Below, piece by piece: positions 37,443 through 50,191 of a stretch of 64,000 nucleotides of DNA (its first letter is position 1; each line of letters begins with the position of its first letter). The notes under the pieces were generated by a model, which had not been told where the DNA came from, did not search any database, and saw nothing but the letters and a program-made list of their open reading frames with translations. Origin of the DNA: Flaccisagitta enflata (taxonomy: Eukaryota); the NCBI GenBank assembly GCA_965153355.1, contig OZ231126.1, positions 37,076,001 through 37,140,000 on the forward strand, given 5' to 3'. Made by a program: the position numbers and the translations under genes.

Positions 37443-40112
37443 AACACATACAGATAGACAGAGACAGATACAGCGGCAGAAAACAATGTACAAACAAGTA
37501 TGATTAATTATGAAAATCAAAAACAAGTGAAGCGGGGTCACAACATCGTTGAGGACGGGTGGGCAGGGGCATCCAACAAAGGACGTAATACGGACAAGTA
37601 ACTGGGATAGACAGGAAGGGGCGAACGAAAGTCAAATGAAAGGACAGACTTAACATGCGGACAAACGAGTTATAAAGGGACCAAAACCTCGCGTTTCTTT
37701 TTTTTTTTTGGGTGAAATACAAGAGATTAATCTATTACAAAATCTTGAAAAGAAAGGAAAAGAGGGACAAAACCAAATGCGATGATAGTTGGCTCTGAAG
37801 AGAAATCAAAGTCGACGGCCAACAGGGTTAAGGTTTTCGACGACAGACGACAATCGAATGTCTTTGCCAATTTAACTAATTCCTTCACTCAGACAGAAAA
37901 AAAAAAAAGGAGAAAAGAATATTTAACTGTCACCTCCAATAAGCCACTCTTGTCTACCCATTTTATAAAAACCGATCAAGTGTTTTCAATCTCTAATCCA
38001 CGGGAAGGCAGAAAGAACATATTTGTATTAGAATTTGAATAATTTTTTTATCCATTTTTACATGGCTACAATAAAGGATCACAGCTGGTTTAAGATGCTC
38101 CTAATGGGCATACGAGGCACGTCTTCTTGTAGATAGTTTCGTGAGGACCGACTTGCCACAACTTCCAAGGTGAGGGTCAGTTTTTGAAAAAGGTTAACGA
38201 CTTCATGTAACGACTGAATATATGAATGCAGGATCAGGAAGGTGTACTGAACGGTGGAACGAATGAGATGAGCATTAAAATTACTCAAGAATTTCCTTTC
38301 ATCTTAGCACTAAGTGCTTTAGAGCGGGGGGATGAACTACATGTAGGAGAAGTAAAAGAGTTATGAGTGGTGGTAGTGGGGGTGGGGAGGAAGCAAACGA
38401 AGGGAAGCAAATAATTCAGGAACTGTGTCGGTTCTGCCTTTCTCGCCCGCCGGTTTTTTTTTCAACTACTTTTGTGTTGAACGATAACTGGATATAAGTC
38501 TTTACTTGAAAAACAAAGTAGAAGAAACACATTTTCGGGTTAAGAAGTGAAAAATTAGAAACAGAAAGAGGAAACTCAGTGAATGAAGATGAAGATAGAA
38601 ATAAACATGTTACTCGGGGTCACAATATCGTTTCGGACGGGTGGGCAGGGGCACACAACCCCCATCCACACCTTCCCCCACCCTTCACTGACTCACAATC
38701 ACAGACAAACACAAATAAAGTGTGAAGGGGTGTATATAGTTCGCTGACCTTTGATTGATTCCCACCCCCTTTCCTTGGATTTTCTTCCCCGCGACTCATC
38801 GCGTCGCGTTACCAATTCTTCCCCATAAACATTATGGCAATAAAACAGTGTATAATTTCAGATTGTTTCTTACCTACCAGATTTTATGATTTGTTATATT
38901 TTCCCCAAATTTTCTTCTTTTCTCTTTTTTTCTCGTTCCTTTTTCTACCCTATCTCCAAATTCCCCCCCCCCCCCCCGACGGACAAAGCCTCTTATAGAT
39001 TTGCGTGTCCGCAACTAGAAAGAGAAAATGAGGAAAGTGAAGTAAGTGAAGTAAGCCGAGCAGTGGAAGATGCGTGAAGGGTTTTATACAGTGCGGAAGA
39101 AGATTTAAGGAAGACCCAAGAAGAGATGATTGATAGCATGGATAGGGTAAAAATGAGGGTAGAAGCGGCGATGATTTGTTTACTAACGAAATGAGGATAA
39201 GGAGAGTGTGGGTGCTAGACACACAGAAACACACAGACACACACACAGACACACACACACACATACACACACACACATACACCTTCGGAAAAACATTCAC
39301 ACCGATATATACATGACAACTAGCACTTACACCCCGTTGTTGCAGATCCAACATTAATGGAAACCTGTACATCAATAAAAAGGTAATAAACTTGGGATTT
39401 CTCGTCTTTTTCAAGTCTCTTCTTTTCTGTTTCTTCTCACTCTTGCTGACATTTCAATCTAGCAAATCCCTCAATTACAAACTGAAATGCCATTTTTGAA
39501 GGCAAGCTTTGTCCAATCAGTCAAAAATCGCATTTCGTATATTTTAACCAGTTTTAACAACTTTTTTGCCAGTTATGATCATGTGGGCAGGCCTACAGCT
39601 TTCTCAAAACCATTGGTGCCCTTTATTTGTTGCTAGGATACAAATCAACACCTGGGCCAGTTTGAATAGTCTTCAACTAATTTAATATCGTGAAAATGTA
39701 AAAAACATGAAGAAAATAAGAAAAATCTTTTTTTAAATTAGAATAAAAAGCTAATGACTGTAGAGACTTATGCTTAGTGCTTAGCTGTGAATTTTTAAAA
39801 ATGTATCATCGAAGTTAGGAGATGGCAAAAAAATGCATAACTTAATTTCTCCCCAAGGTTTCCAATAATGGACACCTGATCTAGGTCCCTTCATGCATTT
39901 CTTTTTATTCCTTATATTGACAATATTAGAAATCTGCATAAGGCGGATACAATTCTTTAGTGCCTTGATATCCTTTACTGCGAGGTTCAACTGTATGGAG
40001 AAAAATGAGATTTAAACGTGAATTTGGGAAATTTTTGAGAAAAAAAATAAACCTATGTTTCTCAACTACGGCACGAAGTCTAAAGATACAGGCCTCTGAA
40101 TTACTGATAAGA

Positions 40113-40220
<108 letters not shown>

Positions 40221-40455
40221 TCCTTTTCATGAAATAATCATGAAATTCTCACATTCATACACGCTCCCCTCCGTTGCCTAGATTGGCTCCGTACCAGGAC
40301 CTTAACTGTACGCCGGCAGAATAAAGCTACTTGAGTAACGTTCAGAAAGAAGAATGAATGAGGGCATACAAAGAAAAAAAATAAAAAAAGAAGACAGAAA
40401 AATGATAGGCAAAAAGCAAAGGGAAGACAGAGAGGAAGAGAAAGAAAGAGAGGAA

Positions 40456-40539
<84 letters not shown>

Positions 40540-40771
40540 ATGTTTTTTGTCAAGAAAACTGCCTTTCTCTGTTGTCATAAGACGACTATTAGGTTCTGAG
40601 AAGATTTTCCAGTTTGATTTCAGTCTAGGTTTTACGTCACAAGAGTTATGACCCAACTTAAGGCGGAGGGCTCGAAGTGAAAAGTCAGCGCTTTGGCTTT
40701 TCTATTTAATTGAATTCATTGGCCGGGCTTTAGGGTTTACGTCTATGTGAGAAACATCGCTAAAGCAGCAA

Positions 40772-40813
<42 letters not shown>

Positions 40814-40999
40814 CCACATTACCCAAACAACAACAACCACATTAACCACAACAACCACATTAACCACAACAACCACAACAACAACAACCACTACAACAAC
40901 AACCACCACAACAACAACCACAACAATAACAACAACAACAACAACAACAACAACACTACGGGCTAACCCCCACCGCCGCCAACGTTGCTCGTTCATTAC

Positions 41000-41085
41000 C
41001 GGTTGTACTCGTACCAAAACGCCGGGTTTGACAGATTGTCGAGGGTAGGGGGAGGCCAGGCCATGGCAGCTCCGTTCATTCTGCC
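41000..41085 (-). CDS. Candidate upstream Gli exon (GRMNGAAMAWPPPTLDNLSNPAFWYEYNR)
   Basis: ttgtttttAG acceptor, open frame with ATG at 41079, CG|GTAATG donor whose phase 2 fits the 33204 exon; no recognised homology. Confidence 0.45.
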
Positions 41086-41186
41086 CTAAAAACAATCACC
41101 GACTTAATTCCAAGTCGGAAATCACGATAATCCTCACTTTCCCAGAGTCAATTGAATTTTTCATTAATTTGCTTCCGTTGGGAGAA

Positions 41187-41250
<64 letters not shown>

Positions 41251-41926
41251 TTCAAACGATGAAATTGAACTGCGTGGCGTTATTCTATATATCCGAGTCT
41301 TTTGTTTGTGGAAAGGAAGACGCGTTTTATTCCTTTATTACGACTGAAGTCGAATTGCACGCACACTTTTTGTTATGGCGTCTTTTGTTCATGAAGTTCA
41401 TAATCCGATTTGTTTGTTGCTTATGATAAAATTGAACACCCGGTGGCGAAACGGAGAACCACTTTTTCCGCCGTAGTCACATCCTTTGAGTTGAAACGTC
41501 ATTTCCTTGTTGTGGTTTGATGTCTGGCACTGTTCTATGTTTTTTACTTCCGAGTGACCTGGCGTGGTCCCGCGAATATGACCTTGTAGCGTCGCGCGTT
41601 TTCAAATTCTGTCCTTCTAGTGTTGTGCTCTTCCAAATAGTGTTCTGCTATAGCGTAGTGTTGTTTCAAGTTTAGTCCATCTACCGTCGTGTTCCCTCTA
41701 GTTTGGGTTTCCGCCACCGGCGGCGCTGCCAGAGCGCTATCCACGCCGCGCCACCTCTTCATCGAAAAGATATAAGATCTGAGACAAGACCAACGAAGAA
41801 GAAAACGAAGCCAAAATTAAAAGATGAATAATTTGGTTGTGTGAAGGGCGGCAGAAGCGACATAGCCCGACCGACAGTCGGAGTGTTACTCTTACTTCTG
41901 GTCAATTTGTTTAAAAGGCGGCAAGA

Positions 41927-42037
<111 letters not shown>

Positions 42038-42376
42038 CCTTCTTTTTAGCTTTTCCCCCTTTATAGCGTTTTTTCTTGGCGAGGTTCGTCCTTCCTTTGA
42101 TCCAGGAGTCGCCGGCCCAAAAGAAGAAAGAAGTAAGAGAGAGAGAGAGAGAGAGAAAAGTTACGTTGCCATGTAAAAAATCGTCCTAAAAGTTTATTTT
42201 TTTTTCTTCATCCAGATAAATAACTAATTCATGATGCGACGGCTAGATAGAGCAATCGTGAAAGATAACGATGCGATGACGATGAGGAAAACGATGAAAT
42301 GGCGATGATATCGTTAATGTAGCTATTGCTCCTGCTGTAAACGCCTTTATTTTTGTAGATTATTTTGCTGCTGTTT

Positions 42377-42446
<70 letters not shown>

Positions 42447-44234
42447 ACTCTCTGGGCGTGTCCTTCTTGTCAGAGATGATGACCTCAATGACCCCAATTC
42501 GTTGTTACGTAATTCCCCGCGCGGTTGCGCTGCTGCTCTACGCGTGATGTTCTTCTTCCTGTTCGTTCATAAAATTTGCGCAGCAGGAAGCTGAGAATGC
42601 TGAGAGGGTGAGAACATCATTGTCGTTATCGGTGTCGTCTGCTTACTAGTTGGCGTTTTTGCGCTAAAACAACTCGTTGTTATTGGCGTCTATTCTACTG
42701 TTTGGATTCCTTTACTCATATAAATTTGGTGCATTTGCGCGTTAATATGAGTGGAGCATAAAAAGGCGAGAGAGTGAGCAATTGATAGATAGAGAGAGAG
42801 ACGAGTGGGAGAGAGAGAGAGAGAGCACACACACGTGGAGACCATACGCAGGGCGTCAGTCAAAATTTCGAATTCTCTTTTTTTCGAAAAAGAAAAAGAA
42901 TCTTCCTATTTTTTTTTTCTGTTCTGCCGATATTTTTCGATTCTGAACTTTAAACTTGAACACACAGAGGACTGGGAGGCCTCAACCGTAAAAAGAGCAA
43001 AAGAGCAGAAAAGAGAGAATGAGAGAGAGAAATGTAGATGTCTCAGTCTTCTTCTCTTTAATTTTCTGCTTCTTTTTTTTTTTACGTTTTTATTTCTGTG
43101 AATAAAGATACCATGATGTTCAAGAAATGAGCGATGATCACAGACTTTCCATCATGTGTTTCTACGTTCCTTGTATTCGCTTTTATGGCGTAAAGCTCGC
43201 TGTATTGACGATCATACTCTCATGAGATATCGAGATACATTCCTTCAAATTGAGCTGATACTTTTTCCTCACACGTAACGAATCCTATACGTGTAACTCG
43301 GTTTCCTTTTCTTATTCGTTGACGAAATGGCTATATTGAGCAAAATATAACCGTAATAGCTCAGACGCCCGAGTTAACTGTCGTTTTCACACACTCTACA
43401 GTCTATCTTTCTGTTATCGAAGAGTTTTAAGCCACAGACTAGTTTTCTCAATATCGTTCGATCGAAATCTCTTTTTTTCCTCGGCTTTTTTTAAAGAGAA
43501 AAAATATTGTTCTTTCGAGAGTTTGAAAAAAAAATGAGTGAATTAAAGTGCTTAATTTTTTTCCTCTGACTTTTTTTTTAGATTGTTTCGGATGACGATG
43601 ATGGGGCCTTTAATGATAAATATATTCAACATTAGATGTATAGAAAGCGCATTAATGTAAATCCACGGCGCATCGTCGTTTCTATGCTATTGATGTGTAA
43701 AGAGTGGAATCAAAAAGAATGTTGCTCTTCTTGGTGTTGTTGGCGTTGTTCCTTTTTTACCGTTAACCTTTTTTCCGGTTGTCGTTTTTTTTTTAAAGTT
43801 GTTGCAGGTCACGAGATGTCATTGTATCCAACGTTTCAATCTCTTTACTTTCCGTCTTTCAAAGGGTATCCATTAAAGTTCATACTTCTTCCGTTTCGTT
43901 CTTTCTTTCGGTGTATTTTCTGCAGATCTTTTTTCTTTTTCATCTAAATCTGCTCGCTGAAATATACAATTCTTTTTTGCTTAATTCAACTCAACTTTTT
44001 TTTTTTAGCTTGTTGATTAAATCCAGAATTTTTTCTCTTCTTTCCTCTCCATCGCATAGGTTTAACTAATTCAAATCCCGAAATACGATCAGAATAACAG
44101 AGAGAGAAAGAGAAAGCGAGAAAGAGAGTAAAGGGGAAACTAGCCAGAGAGAGAGAAAAAAACTTTGCCTGATGAACTTCTAAATGCTGCTTTTTTTCGC
44201 TGCGATCGCGTGGACGGCTGACACTCTCTGAAGC

Positions 44235-44281
<47 letters not shown>

Positions 44282-44788
44282 GGCACACAGAGGCATAGAC
44301 ACAGAGGCAGATACAGACAGACAGACAGACAGGCAGATAGGCATACAGAATAAAATGAACAGCATGAAGGAAGGCAAGCCGGATGGGAAGGGACAGACAA
44401 ATTGGCCCAAATGACAGACTAATTGGAGAGAGAGAGAGAGAGAGAGAGAGAAAGAAAGGAAGATATACAGACATACAGAGAGAAAGATATAGATACAGAG
44501 AAATATATACACAGGGAGAAAGAAGGAAAAAAAGCTGCCGCTGTGTACGGGGTTTCAGGGATCGCGAGGCCGGGAAGTTTTTGAAGGAGAGAAAACGAAG
44601 TTGGGAGGCCAGAGAAAGCAGATAGAGGAGGCGGGGAGACGGGCTTGGGCAACCAGAGGCGGATGTGGGAAGAGGAAAACCAACGACCACAGCGATGGCT
44701 AGGAAGAGAGAAGGAATGAGAAGAAATCAAGGCTCAAGTAGAAAGTAATGAATGTCTGAGAGGAGGTAAGAACGAAAAGAGGGGAGAG

Positions 44789-44830
<42 letters not shown>

Positions 44831-44925
44831 CGAGGAGAAAGGGGGTTTTGGAGCTGAGTAGAATCCACATGGTTTAAGGTGAAAAGCGACTCTGCTCCAT
44901 CAATCAATCGATCAATCAGTCAATA

Positions 44926-45001
<76 letters not shown>

Positions 45002-45351
45002 AATTAACGTACCGTAAAAATTGATGAATGTAACAGTGAAGCAATCGGTATCAATCAATCTCGCTGACACAGAAATCAAAAGCAAGGAATTATCCTTTAT
45101 GCGATAACTGTGAGTGAGCGCAAATGAGCAGATTTGGTACGTCAATTCGCGACTAGAAATTCAGAGAGGAATATCATCGATCTTGTCATCGCTCATGGAC
45201 TGTGTCATGGGCGTTTCGGACGCCACGTCTATTCACTTCTGTTATTCAGAGGGATGGAAACCAATTTCACACTGAAATAAGTAGATCATGCTATTAGCTC
45301 GGTCTTACCGAAAATACCCAGACAGATGTGGTGAATTTGGGATCTCAAAAA

Positions 45352-45726
45352 CATCCATGGACATTGGGCCATTAGGATGGGCTCAATTTGAGCATTCGCA
45401 CAAAAAATCATTTCCAAGCACTTGTCATGTTCTATTTCCATAATAAAAAGCCCCATCTACTTGGAAATCGATTTGAAATTGATCTAGGCACCGCATTATC
45501 AATGCTGTTATTGTTTGGAATTGATTGCCGTAGTTGTGAGAGAAATTTCTTCAATAGTCATTCTATACAACTACAGCATTGACGTTGATGATGCTGCGCC
45601 AAGATCAAGTCCAAATCGATTTTTTAGGTAGAATAGGCTCTATTTTTGCAACCATCAAAAGTGTTTGGAAATGATCTTTTATTCCTAAGCTCAAATTGTG
45701 TCCATTCTATTACCCATGCATGAATG
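45352..45726. mobile_element. Degenerate MITE-like inverted-repeat element
   Basis: CAATTTGAGC...ATCATTTCCAA mirrored by TTGGAAATGAT...GCTCAAATTG; boundaries approximate. Confidence 0.45.
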
Positions 45727-46582
45727 AAAAACCAAGTTTTGGTGTTTGCATATTTATATTTTCAAGTTTGCTTTGAGTTGGCATGCATTGCACTTACAAA
45801 CTCGGCATCATACTCCTTAATGGTTCAATTTCTGCCATTCATAAGATCAGTGCTTCAGTATGTCCTAGTTCCTAGATACAGTACAGCAGACTTTCCACAG
45901 CTTCAGGTCCGATGATTCAAGGGAGGAAGGATATTCTGAGCGTTACAGTACATTTCATGAACGCCTCATGGTTCAAAGTGGAAGGTAGAAATGTTTGGGT
46001 AACAGACTGAAGAACGAGAGAAAAGTCTAAAGGGAAAACAAGGGAGATGGAGAGAGAATAGAAAAGGCGAGAAGAGAAACAGAAGAGGCAGCCAGACAGA
46101 TAGAAACGCATAGTCCATGGACAAGAGAGAAGGAGGAGCAGATGAAATTGAATGAAAAAAAAAATGAAGAAAAAAATAACAAGAGCAAACGGTAAATAGA
46201 CGGAGGCAGAATGGATATAAAGTGAAAGTGAAACGAGGGGAAAATGCGTCATGAACACTCATTTTGGGAAGCCACTCGGCCTTTAGAAAACTTGAGGAAT
46301 GTTGAAGAAGCATTAGAAAGGACTTTTCAAGAGAAAAAAAAAGACTCAACGAATTGAAGAAGAAGAAGAAGAAGAAGAAGAAGAAAAAAAAAGACGATCT
46401 GAATAAGAAAAGAAGCAGAAAAGGGGAGAGAGTGAAAAAAAAAATAGCAGAAAAGAGTGAAATCGAGAACAGGGAAGAATAACAAAGGAGTGGAGGGATA
46501 CACAAAATCGAAAGCAAGAAAATGTAAGACAAAAATGGAGAAAAAGATATTTAAGTGACACAAGAAAAGAAATGCTAACGCT

Positions 46583-46677
<95 letters not shown>

Positions 46678-46952
46678 AGATAGGGTCTTATTTGCGGCAG
46701 TAGTGCATGGAACAACTTTGTTTCAAACCGGCAAACTGACGGAGAGACCAGAAAGAAGCAGACAGAGTCGCGTGCACGCGACTTAAATTGTGCGAGTTCT
46801 TTTTTCTAGCTGGGCCAGCGCAGAAACCCTTTCCATAATGATCTTAGCGATAGGGGGGTCAGAAATGTTTATGAAAACAATAGCGCTGTAGGGCGCCTCA
46901 CTCCAAGTAGAGGGGATGCAAAACTGGCTCAGAACCACTATCTGACTCTCTC

Positions 46953-46956
46953 CTTT

Positions 46957-47019
<63 letters not shown>

Positions 47020-47020
47020 C

Positions 47021-47052
<32 letters not shown>

Positions 47053-47104
47053 TCATTCTTTCTTTATTTCTTTCCGTCTTTCCTTCTTTCCTCCTTTCCT
47101 TTTT

Positions 47105-47172
<68 letters not shown>

Positions 47173-47220
47173 TCCTTCTTTCCTCCTTTCCTATTTTCTT
47201 TCTTTCTTTCTTTTTTTCCT

Positions 47221-47268
<48 letters not shown>

Positions 47269-47398
47269 TTTTTCCTTTCTTTCTTTCTTTCTTTCTTTTT
47301 TTCTTTCATTCTTTCTTTCTTTCCTTCCTTTCTTTCCTCCTTTCTTCTTTCCTCCTTTCCTCTTTCTTTCTTTCTTTCTTTTTCTTTCTTTCTTTTCT

Positions 47399-47446
<48 letters not shown>

Positions 47447-47499
47447 TTTTCTTTCTCTTCTTTCCTATTTTCTTTTCTTTCCTTCTTTTTCTTTCTTTT

Positions 47500-47539
<40 letters not shown>

Positions 47540-47668
47540 TTCTTTCTTTCTTTCTTTCTTCCTTTCTTTCTTTCTTCCTTTCTTTCTTTCTTTTTTTCCT
47601 TCTTTCTTTTTTTCTTTCTTTCTGTCTTTCCTTCTGTCTTTCCTTCTTTCCTTCTTTCCTTCTTTCCT

Positions 47669-47764
<96 letters not shown>

Positions 47765-47768
47765 TTTT

Positions 47769-47839
<71 letters not shown>

Positions 47840-47863
47840 CTCTTTCTTTTTTTCTTCCTTCTT

Positions 47864-47895
<32 letters not shown>

Positions 47896-47918
47896 ACTCT
47901 CACTCTCACTCTTACTCT

Positions 47919-47992
<74 letters not shown>
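46953..47992. repeat. ~1-kb (TTTC)n/(CT)n microsatellite
   Basis: Directly visible. Confidence 0.95.
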
Positions 47993-47994
<2 letters not shown>

Positions 47995-48194
47995 TTTTTT
48001 TACTAGGTAGTATCACAACCAAAAACTGCGCCCGAATATAGTTAAATAGGACGACTGGTTGAGAGTAAGGGATAAAGAGGGGACACAAAGGGTGAGGAAG
48101 GGGAGGAAAAGGAGGAAGAGGAGGGGGACAAGTAAGAGGAGGATAAAGAGTGACAGAACGAAGAGGAGACAACGGGGGGCGCAGAACAGGAAAT

Positions 48195-48273
<79 letters not shown>

Positions 48274-49031
48274 CGAGAGAGCGACAGAGAGTGAGCATGA
48301 AACTCTAATTTCAAAGGACAGGGTTAGGCGAAGGCTAATCAACAAACATGTTTGTGTATTTCTGCTCGTGTACACCCCCGCTGATGCTAGTATCCACTTA
48401 ATTAATGCACGCTCTGTCTTTGTTTCCATAAGTGCAGAACCGTGGTCCCGCACCACGTCGTGTTTCCGTCCTTAATCTTTGACAGGTAAGGGCAACGTGT
48501 TTTTGAAGGGCCTTAAATTGAGATCATTGGCATTGTACGTCGAAAGCACTTGCAAATATATGAGACCAACTTTTCAAAGTTGGGGTCAGAAGTAAGTGCT
48601 TGTAAGAAACTGACGATAAGGTAATTTAGATCGTTTGAAGCCTACCTGCTCATCATTGGAAAAAAGTCGAATTACGTAATTCGACTTTTTGAAACGTAGG
48701 GGAGAAATAAAGTTTTCCATTTTCGGTTTGGGGCAATTTTAGGAAGTTGTGCCATTTTGGGGCTGGGAGTATACATTTTTTGATATTCACAGCTAAGAAA
48801 GAGCTAATTTTTCTCTTTCAAATGGCGCCAACAAGAAGTCTCTACGATTAATAGTTTAGGAGTTATGAATTTTTGAATCTTTTTTTATTTTTTTGCATTT
48901 TCGCGAAAATTGATATTTTTCATTGATCTCAATTTTTGGGGTCTATGTAACATGAGAAAAGTGTCAAGATGTTACACAAAGTGACTCCAAGTTTTTTTAC
49001 GCTAGCTTGCGCATTTTACTCAGAGAGAGAG

Positions 49032-49544
49032 TGTTAAGTTGCCTCAGTTGGGAATTTTCCATAGTCTTGCGTAACCCTTTGTTAAAGACGTGTTAGGCTA
49101 TTATTGGTTATATGATTTCTTAGTAGTCACTGCATGATTGGCTAGAAAGCCGGGAGTCACGAGAATTTATAGATGTGTTATGAGATAAATCACTGCGCAG
49201 AGCGAGACTCTCTGCCTCTAGTTAGTTCACATTTAGTCTTCGCAGAAGAAAGACTTACAAATAAGACGTTCTCTTTTTAAAGTAAAAGCAAGGACGTATA
49301 AGGCTCAAGAATTGGGCTATTTTCTTTGGATTAAACAATCAAACCTACTACTTTTGGAAAGAATCCGTTTTCTCATTGTAATCTCATTTATTACAAATCC
49401 TTTTACAATTATGCGCCTTACAACCGTCTAATTAAGCGTTCACCTTCTAAGAGAAAAAAGATAGACAGTGATAGTCACCAACAACAGATCTGAAAGTCGA
49501 CCAGCTAACTACAGTCCTTTGCTCATAAAGCTGACAATCATTCA
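49032..49544 (+). repeat. 5' LTR
   Basis: Direct repeat of 55678-56190. Confidence 0.97.
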
Positions 49545-50191
49545 TGGTCCCTCTATTACCGGATCGACCGACGGATCAACCAACCATTTTGTGAAATTTC
49601 ACTCTCCATTCTTAAATCTCGGAACGCTGAAAAGGAAAAGAAAATCAGGATTCTCTCTCTCTTGACTTGGAAGTCAAACAAAGCCAACTCCTGTGACCGA
49701 CCAACCAACCGACAAAGCGGAGTGTAGAGTCGCGTGCACATGACTAAAAAATCATTTGTCTCATTCGGAAAAATAGATCCCTTTGATGATAAGAACGGAA
49801 ATTTGAAGAAATCCTTCGAACGAAAGTGTTTATTAAAAAATAAACAGAAAAGAAACAATAAAGAATAAAGATCCCTCAAGATAAGGGGGGAAATTCGACG
49901 AAAAGAAAAGTTTCTGGAATTGAAACCAAAAAGTTTAACGTTGTGAAAAAAGAGAAAAAGTGTTTTCTACTCTCAACAGTGAGTTGAATTGTGGTTGTTG
50001 TTATTGAATCAAGACTGTCGTTGGAGGACATCAGATAGGGGAGGGGGGCAGCAGAGTCGGGGAGAGGTGAAGACCGATTTGTCTAGAACCTAAACTTATC
50101 TTTTGTTCTCCGATGAGCGTTAACAGCAGCCACAAAAATTGATACACAAAATAATACTGGAACTGCATTTGCGCTTTTTGGTACTGTAAAC

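Noticed and set aside
46996-48006. 336-aa Phe/Leu/Ser and 281-aa Lys/Glu/Arg ORFs
   Set aside because: (TTTC)n microsatellite translations.
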